Of a DNA stretch of 64,000 bases, positions 42,724 through 52,003 are shown piece by piece. The DNA is taken from contig CAUZHS010000003.1 in NCBI GenBank assembly GCA_963579845.1, positions 763 through 64,762 of the forward strand, written 5' to 3'. This DNA is from Dehalococcoidia bacterium (GTDB lineage Bacteria > Chloroflexota > Dehalococcoidia > Lucifugimonadales > Australimonadaceae). The position numbers were made by a program, and so were the translations under genes. The first letter of the stretch is position 1. Each line of letters begins with the position of its first letter. The notes beneath the pieces are model-generated. The model was not told where the DNA came from. It saw only the letters and a list, made by a program, of their open reading frames with translations, and made no database searches.

Positions 42724-45204
42724 ATGGCGACCACGAGACAGGGACAGATGCGCTACGACCCGATGGCGCTTGACCGCAAGTGGCAGGAGCGCTGGGAGGC
42801 GGATGGCCTTCACCATGTGGCCGACGACGACCCGCGTCCCAAGTGGTACGCCCTCACGATGTTCCCCTACCCCTCGGGCGATTTACACATCGGCCACTGG
42901 TATACGCTGGCGCCCTCCGACGCCCACGCCCGCTTCATGCGCATGAAGGGCTACAACGTGCTGCACCCCATGGGCTTCGATGCCTTTGGGCTGCCCGCTG
43001 AGAACGCCGCTATCCGGCGGGGGGTTCACCCTCGTGAGTGGACCATGGACAACATGGAGCGCATGCGCAAGCAGTTCCGCTCCGTGGGCGCGGTCTACGA
43101 CTGGGATAGGGAAGTTATTACCTGCCAACCCGAGTACTACGTTTGGAACCAGTGGTTCTTCATAAAGATGTATGAGAAGGGTCTGGCCTACCGAGATACG
43201 GCCCAGGTCAACTGGTGTCCCGGCTGTAACACCGTCCTGGCGAATGAGCAGGTCGTCGACGGCCGCTGCGAGCGTTCCGATGACCTCGTGGAGCGTCGTG
43301 AGATGACCCAGTGGTTCTTGAAGATTACCGACTACGCCCAGGAGCTTTTGGACTTTTCAGGCCTGGTCGACTGGCCCGAGCGTGTCAAGCGCATGCAGCA
43401 CAACTGGATTGGGCGCAGCGAAGGCGTGGAGGTATCTTTCGATATTTCCGAATATGGCATCGACGAGCAGGAGATCAGCACCTTTACCACGCGCATCGAT
43501 ACCATCTTTGGAGTGACTTTCCTGGCCTTGGCGCCGGAACATCCGCTGGTGGCGCGGCTCACGACTGAGGCTCAACGCGACCAGATGGAGGCCTACGCGG
43601 AGGAAGCCCGCCGGGAGTCAGAGATCGGGCGCCTCTCCACCGAACGCGAAAAAACGGGGGTGTTCACCGGCGCCTATGCCGTTAACCGGCTCAGCGGTGA
43701 GCGCCTGCCCATCATGGCCGCCGACTACGTGCTGCTGAGCTACGGTACCGGGGCGGTGATGGGCGTGCCTGCCCACGACGAACGGGACTTCGAGTTCGCC
43801 ACGAAGTATGGCCTGGAAATCCGTGTGGTTGTGGCGCCTCCCGGTTGGAGCGAAGGGGATGCGCTCATTGAGGCCTATGTGGACAAGGAGCAGGGTACGC
43901 AGGTCAACTCGGGACGTTTCTCCGGCATGCCGGTAATCGAGGGTTACCAGGCTATTGCCAGTGAGATCGAGAATAATGGTTGGGGGCGCCGTACCGTCTC
44001 CTACCGCATGCGCGACTGGCTCATCTCCCGCCAGCGCTACTGGGGTACGCCCATCCCCATTATCTACTGCGAGCGATGCGGGACGGTGCCTGTGCCCGAG
44101 GACCAGCTCCCTGTCCTGTTGCCGGAGGACGCGGAGTTTAGGCCCACGGGCGAATCGCCCTTGCGGCTGCACCAGGGTTTCTATCACACCACCTGCCCCC
44201 AGTGCGGCGCGCATGCCCACCGGGAAACCGACACCATGGACACCTTCATGGACTCGTCCTGGTACTTCCTGCGCTACCTGAGCCCGCGCTACGATGGCGC
44301 TCCGGTGGACCCGGATAAGGCGAAACTCTGGGGGCCCGTCAATCAGTACACCGGCGGTGCCGAGCACGCGGTGATGCATTTGCTCTACGCGCGCTTCTTC
44401 ACTAAGGTCGTTCGAGACTTGGGCCTCATCGACTACGGCGAGCCTTTCCAGCGCCTGTTTAACCAGGGCACCATCTTGGCCGGCCATATGAAGATGAGTA
44501 AAAGCAGGGGGAATGTTGTTGCCCCTGACGATTACGTAGAGGAAGTGGGCGCCGATGTGGTGCGACTTTACCTCATGTTCATCGGTCCTTGGGAGGGTGG
44601 TGGAGACTGGAGTGACACGGGGCTTATCGGCGTGGCCCGTTGGGTGAACCGGCTGTGGGATCTGTGCCTTCGGGACCCGGGCGCTCTATCCGGCGGCGAC
44701 GCGACCGCCTCCGGTGAGCGCGATGTCCTTCGCGCGACCCATCAGACTATTCGCCGGGTGATTGCGGACATGGAGTGCTTTAAGTTCAACACGGCGGCGG
44801 CGGCGCTCATGGAGTTCACCAACGTCCTCGGCCCCATCTATGAGGCCAATGCTGTCCGGGAAAATGTCTGGAAGGAGGCCATATGCAGCCTGCTGCTGCT
44901 CCTGGCTCCCCTGGCGCCACACCTCGCTGAGGAGTTGTGGGAGCGAGTAGGCGGTCCTTACAGTGTTCACCAGCAGCCTTTGCCGACCTGGGACGACGCC
45001 CTTGCCGCCGTGGAAGAGGCGACCTTGGTGGTACAGGTGAACGGCAAGGTGCGCGACCGCATCGCTGTGTCCGCCGACATCGGCGAGGAGGAGGCGAAGT
45101 GGGTTGCGCTGGAGAGCGCAAACGTTCTTGTCTACACCCAGGGCAAGGAGCCAGCCAAGGTCATTTATATCCCCGGACGCTACATGGTCAGCATCGTGGT
45201 GTGA
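42724..45204 (+). CDS. leuS: Leucyl-tRNA synthetase
   Basis: YDPMALDRKWQERWEADGLH, FPYPSGDLHIGH (HIGH motif), KMSKSRGN (KMSKS motif), and a CP1 editing domain. Start at ATG 42724 or 42748. Confidence 0.95.
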   Translation: MATTRQGQMRYDPMALDRKWQERWEADGLHHVADDDPRPKWYALTMFPYPSGDLHIGHWYTLAPSDAHARFMRMKGYNVLHPMGFDAFGLPAENAAIRRGVHPREWTMDNMERMRKQFRSVGAVYDWDREVITCQPEYYVWNQWFFIKMYEKGLAYRDTAQVNWCPGCNTVLANEQVVDGRCERSDDLVERREMTQWFLKITDYAQELLDFSGLVDWPERVKRMQHNWIGRSEGVEVSFDISEYGIDEQEISTFTTRIDTIFGVTFLALAPEHPLVARLTTEAQRDQMEAYAEEARRESEIGRLSTEREKTGVFTGAYAVNRLSGERLPIMAADYVLLSYGTGAVMGVPAHDERDFEFATKYGLEIRVVVAPPGWSEGDALIEAYVDKEQGTQVNSGRFSGMPVIEGYQAIASEIENNGWGRRTVSYRMRDWLISRQRYWGTPIPIIYCERCGTVPVPEDQLPVLLPEDAEFRPTGESPLRLHQGFYHTTCPQCGAHAHRETDTMDTFMDSSWYFLRYLSPRYDGAPVDPDKAKLWGPVNQYTGGAEHAVMHLLYARFFTKVVRDLGLIDYGEPFQRLFNQGTILAGHMKMSKSRGNVVAPDDYVEEVGADVVRLYLMFIGPWEGGGDWSDTGLIGVARWVNRLWDLCLRDPGALSGGDATASGERDVLRATHQTIRRVIADMECFKFNTAAAALMEFTNVLGPIYEANAVRENVWKEAICSLLLLLAPLAPHLAEELWERVGGPYSVHQQPLPTWDDALAAVEEATLVVQVNGKVRDRIAVSADIGEEEAKWVALESANVLVYTQGKEPAKVIYIPGRYMVSIVV

Positions 45205-45267
45205 GGACACGCTTATACATGGCGTTGCCCTTCGTCTCCTGCGGCATGCTAGAACCTGGAAGCCGCC

Positions 45268-47853
45268 TTATGCCAGTGCGAAGGTGGAGCCAGCCGTTGT
45301 CTTGGTCACCTCGATGCGGATGGGAAATGCCTCTTTGATTTCGTCCATATGGGTGACCACTAAGATGCGCTGGAAGTCTGGCTCGATGGACTTGATCACG
45401 TCCAGTATACGGTCGCGGCCATCGGCGTCCTGGGTGCCGAACCCCTCATCCAAAAACAGTGTCGGCAGCGGTGCGCCAGCCCGCCAGGCCAGCAGTTTGG
45501 AGAGCGCCACCCGGATGGCGAAGTCCACGCGAAAACTTTCCCCACCGCTGAACATCTCGTAGCTGCGAGTGCCCAACTCGTCGGCCACGAGGATTTCCAG
45601 GGTCTCAATGGCGGCATCGCCGTCGCGGCCCGGGCCGGTGCGCCGGGTGCGCTGGGTTTCGAACTTCAGCGACATCCGTCCGTCCGTCATGCGTCGCAGC
45701 AGCCGGTTTGCTTCCTCCTCTAACTGTGGGATGGCCGCCTCAATGAGGAGCGCTTGCACGCCGCCCTTGCCGAAGGCAAGCGTCAGATCCCGGTACATGG
45801 CGGACTCCTGTGTCAGGGCCTTCTGTTCCTTACGTCGACGTTGTAGCTCCTCCTCGGCCTGGATCAGGGCATGGACTTGCTGTGCCAGCGCCCCGCGCTC
45901 CTCCTGAAGTTTGCTTTGGGCGCTGAGCGCGGAACGGTGCTCAGTCTCTACTTCGGTTAACTGCGCTTGGTAGTTGGGCAGGTCGGCGAGCTCCTCAAGC
46001 ACCTTCGTGCGAAGCGCAGTGAGCTCTTGGGCCTCCAGCGTAGACTCTTGAAACCTAGCGCTGGCCCGGACCAACGCCGCCTCATCGTCGGACATGCGAG
46101 TGTTTGCATCCTCCAGCCGGCGGTGCTCCTCCTCCCAGTGTTCGTGGTCACGGGCCGCTTTGGCCGCGCTTGCCAGGGCATTGGGGTCGAAGGGCGCCTC
46201 GGCGATTCGTAGGCGGATCGGTTCGGCTCGGGCCTGTGCTTCGGGGGCGTAGTTGCCCTTGGCCACGGCGTCCTGAGCTTGGCCCAACGCCGATTTGGCC
46301 TCTTTCAGCTGGTCTTGCGCCTTGAGTGCCTCGTCCTGTTCCATAAGGGATTGAGCCCGCTGGCGCGCCAGATGTTTTCGCTCGGCGTCCAGGTCTTTCT
46401 GGCGCCGAGTCGTTTCAAGCTGGTGCTGCACCGCTTCTTGATCGAGCATTTTAACCCGCTCTGTCTGCTCCCGGTACTGCGTGCTGTAGGCCTCAATCTC
46501 TTTCCTGTAGGTCTGCTCGATGCGGGCATGGGCTTCGGTCTCCAACTCCGTGCCGCACAGAGGGCAGAGCACACCCTCGGCATGGCCGCGGTCAAGCATC
46601 TCCAGTTTGGTGCGAGTCTCCCGACCCAGGTTGGCGGTGTGGGCGTTCTCCTCCTCCAGTCGCCGCGCGTCCAGGGAGGCCTGTTGTTGACGTCGCGCCA
46701 CGGTGGCGACTTCAGACGCTTTGGTCTCCAGGCGCGCTAGGGCGGCCTCGGCGGTGGTCAGTGTATGCTGCAGTTCGGGCAACGCCTCCACCCGGTATAG
46801 TAGTTCTTCCACGGCCTTCTCATGGGACTTCAAGCCGTTTTCCATAGCCGTTTTGGCTGCGACGATTGTCTGTTCCAGCGGGGCAAGTTCTCGTTCCAGC
46901 GCGTAGGATTGCTGGGCTGATGCTTGCATGTCTACCAAGCGCTTCCGAGCAGCCAGCAGTAGTTGGTGGCCCTGTTGGATGTCCGCGGACCGCGTGACGG
47001 TCTCGCGCCACCTGTCGAGCCGGGTTTCCAGGCTGGTCACATCTTCCTCAGCCTCTTCCTTCCGCGCTTGGAGCCGCAGGTGCTGCTGGTCCAGGATGTG
47101 GCGTTCTTCTTGACGGCGTTTCAGGCTTTCGACATGGTTTCGGAGTAGTCCCAGTCGTTCTTCCAAGATGCTGGTGTGTTGCTGGGCGGACGAAAGCGTG
47201 GCGTCCGTCTGCTTCAATTCATGCTCCTTCTCGGCGCGGTGCGCGAGCCCATGCTCCATTTGTTCCATGGCTTGCCCGCCAACCTCCATGCGGCTCTGGG
47301 CCTCGCGAGCATGGGCCTTGGAGCGCTCCTCCAGCCGGTCGTAGAGCCCCAGGCCCAAGACCTTGGCTAGCACCTCTTTGCGCTCGCCGGGCCGCGACAT
47401 GCTGAAGAGGTTGGCCCTACCCTGCATGAGGAAAGCGCTGTTTACGAAGGTCTCGAAGTCCATGCTGATGAGCCGCTCCAGCTGGTGCTGGGTCGCGGAG
47501 ATGGTGTCGCCAGTGATTGCCCGGTAGCCGCTGCCATCGACCACGGTTAACTCTAGAGAGGAAGCGGCCTGACGACGCGCTCGGGAGTAGCGGCGGATCA
47601 CTCGATAGCGCTGGTCGCGGGCTTCGAATTCCAGCTCCACCGACATGTCCTGCTGGCCTTGGTGCAGCAACTGCTCATGCCGTTGGCCCCGGGCCTTGCC
47701 CCACAACGCCCAAGTGACGGCGTCCAGCAACGCCGATTTGCCGTGGCCGTTGGCGCCGCAGAGGCAAGCCACGTGGACGCCCTCCAAATGGAGTGTCGGC
47801 GTGTCGTTGCGGTAGGAGAGGAAGTTGCGGAGCGTTAATGCTAGGGGTAGCAC
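45268..47853 (-). CDS. sbcC: SbcC/Rad50-family DNA repair ATPase (zinc-hook coiled-coil)
   Basis: N-terminus LTLRNFLSY...CGANGHGKSALLDAVTWALWG; hook VLCPLCGTE in the middle of a long coiled coil; C-terminus FSGGESFRV...LFLDEGFGTQD...VVTH. Start set to GTG 47853, since the GTG at 47895 overlaps an extended -10 element. Confidence 0.85.
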   Translation of the reverse strand: MLPLALTLRNFLSYRNDTPTLHLEGVHVACLCGANGHGKSALLDAVTWALWGKARGQRHEQLLHQGQQDMSVELEFEARDQRYRVIRRYSRARRQAASSLELTVVDGSGYRAITGDTISATQHQLERLISMDFETFVNSAFLMQGRANLFSMSRPGERKEVLAKVLGLGLYDRLEERSKAHAREAQSRMEVGGQAMEQMEHGLAHRAEKEHELKQTDATLSSAQQHTSILEERLGLLRNHVESLKRRQEERHILDQQHLRLQARKEEAEEDVTSLETRLDRWRETVTRSADIQQGHQLLLAARKRLVDMQASAQQSYALERELAPLEQTIVAAKTAMENGLKSHEKAVEELLYRVEALPELQHTLTTAEAALARLETKASEVATVARRQQQASLDARRLEEENAHTANLGRETRTKLEMLDRGHAEGVLCPLCGTELETEAHARIEQTYRKEIEAYSTQYREQTERVKMLDQEAVQHQLETTRRQKDLDAERKHLARQRAQSLMEQDEALKAQDQLKEAKSALGQAQDAVAKGNYAPEAQARAEPIRLRIAEAPFDPNALASAAKAARDHEHWEEEHRRLEDANTRMSDDEAALVRASARFQESTLEAQELTALRTKVLEELADLPNYQAQLTEVETEHRSALSAQSKLQEERGALAQQVHALIQAEEELQRRRKEQKALTQESAMYRDLTLAFGKGGVQALLIEAAIPQLEEEANRLLRRMTDGRMSLKFETQRTRRTGPGRDGDAAIETLEILVADELGTRSYEMFSGGESFRVDFAIRVALSKLLAWRAGAPLPTLFLDEGFGTQDADGRDRILDVIKSIEPDFQRILVVTHMDEIKEAFPIRIEVTKTTAGSTFALA

Positions 47854-47885
47854 GGCATACCGTTCCGGTACGGGATTTCCTGGGT

Positions 47886-47894
47886 ATTGTAACA
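47886..47894 (-). promoter_or_regulatory. Extended -10 element TGtTACAAT upstream of sbcC
   Basis: The minus strand reads TGTTACAAT at 47894-47886, at the very 5' end of the longest sbcC ORF. Confidence 0.35.
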
Positions 47895-47935
47895 CAGCGT
47901 GTGGTTGCCTAATTACGCTCTAGCAGGCCGTTGCC

Positions 47936-47964
47936 TTGCAAACGGAAGAATCGATTGGTACCAT
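47936..47964 (+). promoter_or_regulatory. Sigma70-type promoter TTGCAA-17 nt-TGgTACCAT, with the -10 ending 6 nt before the etfB ATG (leaderless)
   Basis: -35 TTGCAA at 47936-47941; TG at 47956-47957; -10 TACCAT at 47959-47964; tttggt; ATG 47971. Confidence 0.45.
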
Positions 47965-47970
47965 TTTGGT

Positions 47971-48774
47971 ATGCTCACTCGCATAGTCGTCCTGGTCAAA
48001 CAGGTGGTCGACTCGGAGGCGACACCATCCGCCTTCCGGGTCGACCAGTCCGGTCTTCGTGTGATTCCCGGGCCCGGCGTGGCCCAAATTGTGAACGCTT
48101 TCGACGACAATGCTGTGGAGGCGGCCCTCCAGATCAAGGAGGCCTTGGGCGATGCCAGAGTTACGGTGCTTTCCGCTGGTGATTCTTTCGCCATGGATGT
48201 GATCAAAAAACCACTGGCCATGGGCGCCGACGAGCTGGTGCTCCTGCAGGACGGTGCGCTGGGAGATGGGATAGACCCCACACTCACGGTGGAGGCGCTG
48301 GGTGCAGCCATTCGCAAGTTGGGCGGCGCTGACCTCGTGCTGGCAGGTCGCCAGGCCTCCGACTGGGATCACGCCCAGATCCCCTTGGGGGTGGCGGAGG
48401 TGCTAGGCCTCCCATCGATAACGTTGGCCCGGCGGGTCGAGGTCGCCAACGGTGAGGTCGTCGTGGAGCGGGTGCTTGCAGACGCATACGAGGTGGTCAC
48501 AATGCAGCTTCCCGCTGTGGTCACGGTCTCGAGTGAACTGGGTCAGCCCCGATACCCGAACCTACGGGGGATCATGGCGGCGGGTCGAAAACAGCCTACC
48601 GTGTGGTCGTTGGCGGATATTGGCATAGTTCCGTCTGAGGTCGTATCCGCCTTCGAACTAGTGGGTTTGGCCCAGCCGGAACTGACGACTGTGGTGACGA
48701 TCGTCACCGGCGCGGATGATGCCGAGGCGGGGCGCAATCTTGCGCTGCGGTTGCGAGAGGCAAGGCTTATCTAG
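47971..48774 (+). CDS. etfB: Electron transfer flavoprotein beta subunit
   Basis: MLTRIVVLVKQVVDSE...VLSAGD...LVLAGRQASDWDHAQ. Start at ATG 47971 by N-terminal homology. Confidence 0.9.
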   Translation: MLTRIVVLVKQVVDSEATPSAFRVDQSGLRVIPGPGVAQIVNAFDDNAVEAALQIKEALGDARVTVLSAGDSFAMDVIKKPLAMGADELVLLQDGALGDGIDPTLTVEALGAAIRKLGGADLVLAGRQASDWDHAQIPLGVAEVLGLPSITLARRVEVANGEVVVERVLADAYEVVTMQLPAVVTVSSELGQPRYPNLRGIMAAGRKQPTVWSLADIGIVPSEVVSAFELVGLAQPELTTVVTIVTGADDAEAGRNLALRLREARLI

Positions 48775-49749
48775 GTGACGAATAAGATATTGGTCATGGG
48801 GGAGGTGGCTGAGGGTAGGCTTGCCGAGCCGACCCGTCAGGCCATCGCGGCCACCCAAGCCCTGGAGAGTTCTTTTAGCATGGTGTTGGCTTCCTCCGCT
48901 CTAGGGGGTGCGCCCGCCGAGGCTCTTGCCTTGGGGGCTGCGGCTGTCTATACCGCTGAAGAGCCGTCGCTGGCCGAAGCTTCCCCCGAGACCATGGTGG
49001 CCGTGGCGGAACAGGCCGTACGGCAGATGACTCCGTGGGCTGTCTTTGGGACGGGTACGCCTTTCGCCAAAGAGGTGCTCCCTCGGTTGGCTTTTCGCCT
49101 GGGAACGGCCCTTGCCCAGGACTGTATTCGCCTTGCTCGCGACTCTCAGGGCCGGCTACTTGTGACTCGACCGGTGTACGGCGGGAATGTGCTGGCCACC
49201 ATTGCGTGCTTGGGAACGCCCGCCGTTGCCTCCCTCCGTCTTGGTGTCTTTGACACGCCGGGGCCTGCCTCCCAAAGGGGTGGGCAGGTGCTTCCGTTGG
49301 CCCTTCACCCTTCCCAGTTGGAGTCCCGCACAAAGTTGACTGAGCGGGTGGAACAGCCGGGAGAGGGGATTCGTCTGGAAGACGCTCGGGTGGTGGTGGC
49401 CGGTGGCCGCGGACTGGGTGGCGCCGAGGGATTCCAGCAGCTGGAGGAGCTGGCTGGACTGCTGCACGGGGCCGTGGGGGCCTCCGGGGCGGCGTGTGCT
49501 GCGGAGTGGGCTAGCGCTGGTGCTCAGATTGGCCTCACGGGAAAGACCATCACTCCAGACCTGTACGTGGCCGTGGGCATCTCCGGTGCCAGCCAGCACT
49601 TGGCCGGATGCAACGGAGCCAAGCACATCGTGGCCATAAACCTCGACGCGGATGCCAACATCTACAAAACCGCGCAATTTGGGGTCGTGGGAGACTGGCG
49701 GAAGGTGCTGCCGGGTTTTATCGAGCAGGTGCGTGCACTTCTGCAATGA
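48775..49749 (+). CDS. etfA: Electron transfer flavoprotein alpha subunit
   Basis: ...VVAGGRGLG...LGGAVGASGAA...GLTGKTITPDLYVAVGISGASQHLAG...IVAINLDADANI. Confidence 0.9.
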   Translation: MTNKILVMGEVAEGRLAEPTRQAIAATQALESSFSMVLASSALGGAPAEALALGAAAVYTAEEPSLAEASPETMVAVAEQAVRQMTPWAVFGTGTPFAKEVLPRLAFRLGTALAQDCIRLARDSQGRLLVTRPVYGGNVLATIACLGTPAVASLRLGVFDTPGPASQRGGQVLPLALHPSQLESRTKLTERVEQPGEGIRLEDARVVVAGGRGLGGAEGFQQLEELAGLLHGAVGASGAACAAEWASAGAQIGLTGKTITPDLYVAVGISGASQHLAGCNGAKHIVAINLDADANIYKTAQFGVVGDWRKVLPGFIEQVRALLQ

Positions 49750-49810
49750 GGGGTGTCGGTGGAGTACAATAAGTAGGAACAAGGGTACTTCAGTTATAGG
49801 GGAGCGGACC

Positions 49811-50257
49811 GTGAACCAAGAGCGCGAACCCAGCATGGAGGACATACTACGCAACGTTGAGAAGGCCGAGGTGGTGTGCGTTATTTTCCCACTCCTCGGC
49901 CAATGTCTGGTCTATGACAACCGGCATTCCGAGGAGGATCCGCCCCAGGTGAACGTCTCCCCGCCGCTGGGTTCTGCCGAGCGCCGATTGCGCCAGTTGA
50001 ACCAGGCGCGCCCCCACCTTAGTAGGACGCACAAGATGACGGCTGTTCCCTGGACGGGGTCGGTGGCCAGCATGGCTCGATCAGGCATTTGGGAGCGCAT
50101 CGTGCGACGCATGGAGGATGCAGGGTTCGAGAGGGCCCAGGCTTCCTGCCAGTCCGCGCTGGACGAGCTTCTGGAGTGGGAATACCGGGCCAATGTCGAG
50201 ATGATTCGGGGTCAGGGTCCTTTTCACACCGTTTGGAGCCGAGCGGGGGCTGAGTAG
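49811..50257 (+). CDS. Hypothetical protein (148 aa)
   Basis: GTG 49811 lies 6 nt after AGGGGAG. No recognised motif. The ORF-track start at 49652 lies inside etfA. Confidence 0.4.
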   Translation: MNQEREPSMEDILRNVEKAEVVCVIFPLLGQCLVYDNRHSEEDPPQVNVSPPLGSAERRLRQLNQARPHLSRTHKMTAVPWTGSVASMARSGIWERIVRRMEDAGFERAQASCQSALDELLEWEYRANVEMIRGQGPFHTVWSRAGAE

Positions 50258-50625
50258 ACTCTTTTCCCTGAAGAGGGGTCGGCGACGGGGTACGCTACAA
50301 GGCCCTATTGGCGACCGCATTGAAGTTGGCCGCGGCCCCCACTGAGATATTCACCGCGACGAACTGTCTGCCCAAGGTGCCCGCCGCAGCCGGGCTCAGA
50401 CCTGTTCCGTGCCGCTCCCGACTCTCGCAGGCATCGAGACGACCAGCACCGCTGCATCAGCAAACCGGAGTACGGAGACTATCGCACCCCCAGAGCCGGC
50501 ATAGCCGGCGGTGTCCAGCATATTCAGCTTGGGTGGTTCCATACGCCTGAGCAACATGGAGATGGGATGCCGTCTTGGACGCAGTAGTCTGAAAGAGAAA
50601 CGTCGGCTGGGATAGGATAGACAGC

Positions 50626-51891
50626 ATGCACCGAATCGTCCTGCGAGTTGTGTTTACGCTGCTAGCCGTGGCGGCTCTTATTGGCGGTACGGGAGGTGGC
50701 GACGCCATCGCTTCAAAGCAGGTAATCACCAGCGCCTACCAGTTCGACATCGTCGCTTGGGAGAGCACTCACTTCCTGGGAAAGTGGGTGCTCCGGTTCC
50801 GCAACCTCCTGCCCGGTGTGGGTGAGGACCAAAGGGAGCGCCGCCAAGCCATCGATGAGTTTTTCGCCGTGGGAGACCAGATCCGTGTGCAAGTCGGCGA
50901 GCTCAACCGGGAGATGTCGCTGCCCGAGCAGGAGCGCAGTCGCCATCCCCAGCAGTTGCAGCAGAGCATCGAGGAGTTGAAAAAGCACCGAAGAGACATA
51001 CAGCCCGTTGTGGAAGAGGCGCTGGAGTCGGAGATTAGCGCGGCGCTCGCCCAGATGGGGATCATTGACAAGCTGGGCCCTCTGCGCTGGCCGCCCGTGG
51101 ACTTCACCTTCGCCGACGGCCTGCTGGTGCTCGTCACCTCACCCCGCGACAAGATCGACCGGCTGGACGATATCGTCCTTCGTTCAAGCCTCAGCCTGCT
51201 GACCCAGGAGGAGTTGGAGGCGCGGGTGGAAGAGGCCGAGGACCTCTCGGTGCTGATTGTTCGGGTGAGCGGAGTTGCCACCTATCCGGCCCATGTGAGT
51301 TTCACTCACTCGCTGCACAGGACTCTCATCTCCGCGAGCCATGAGTGGCTGCACCACTACTTAATCTTCCGGCCCTTGGGGATTCGCTGGTTCGCCGGAG
51401 GAGAGATGACCAGCATAAACGAGACAGTGGCCAATATGGCCAGTAGGGAAATTGGCGACCGCGTATTCACTAAACTAAGAGGTCAGGAGGTGTTTAGAGA
51501 GCCGTACCGTCTACCCACGGTGACGCTACCGGACGCGCTACCGGACGATGTCTTCGACTTCCGGCGTGAGATGCGCAGGACTCGCTTGCGGTTGGACGAA
51601 CTGCTGTCCGACGGAGTGGTACAGGAAGCGGAGACCTATTTGGAGCAACGCAGATTGGAGTTTGTCGCGAATGGGTACAATATTCGCAAGCTTAACAACG
51701 CCTTCTTTGCTTTTAATGGGACCTATGCAGACTTCCCGGGGTCGGTAAGTCAGATTGAGCCACAGCTGCAAGCTATCCGTGCGGATTCCGCTACTCTGGC
51801 GGAGTTTCTTGACCGGGTTTCCGGTATCACCAGTCCCGGTAAACTAGAACGGCTCGCCCGTGAGGCAGGCTGGTTACTGCCGGACGAGTAG
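50626..51891 (+). CDS. Membrane-anchored protein with an HExxH motif (putative zinc metallopeptidase; family not recognised)
   Basis: N-terminal TM/signal anchor VVFTLLAVAALIGG; a coiled-coil-like acidic region; SASHEWLHHY (HExxH); C-terminal ...LNNAFFAFNGTYAD. Confidence 0.55.
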   Translation: MHRIVLRVVFTLLAVAALIGGTGGGDAIASKQVITSAYQFDIVAWESTHFLGKWVLRFRNLLPGVGEDQRERRQAIDEFFAVGDQIRVQVGELNREMSLPEQERSRHPQQLQQSIEELKKHRRDIQPVVEEALESEISAALAQMGIIDKLGPLRWPPVDFTFADGLLVLVTSPRDKIDRLDDIVLRSSLSLLTQEELEARVEEAEDLSVLIVRVSGVATYPAHVSFTHSLHRTLISASHEWLHHYLIFRPLGIRWFAGGEMTSINETVANMASREIGDRVFTKLRGQEVFREPYRLPTVTLPDALPDDVFDFRREMRRTRLRLDELLSDGVVQEAETYLEQRRLEFVANGYNIRKLNNAFFAFNGTYADFPGSVSQIEPQLQAIRADSATLAEFLDRVSGITSPGKLERLAREAGWLLPDE

Positions 51892-52003
51892 GCGGCCGCC
51901 CTAAGATTGGAGCGCTATAGAATTTCAGGTTTCCGACATCTACGACCTTTTCCAGCCCTCACTCTGCGAGCTACGCGTCCACCTGAAACGGACGGGCGCT
52001 CCG

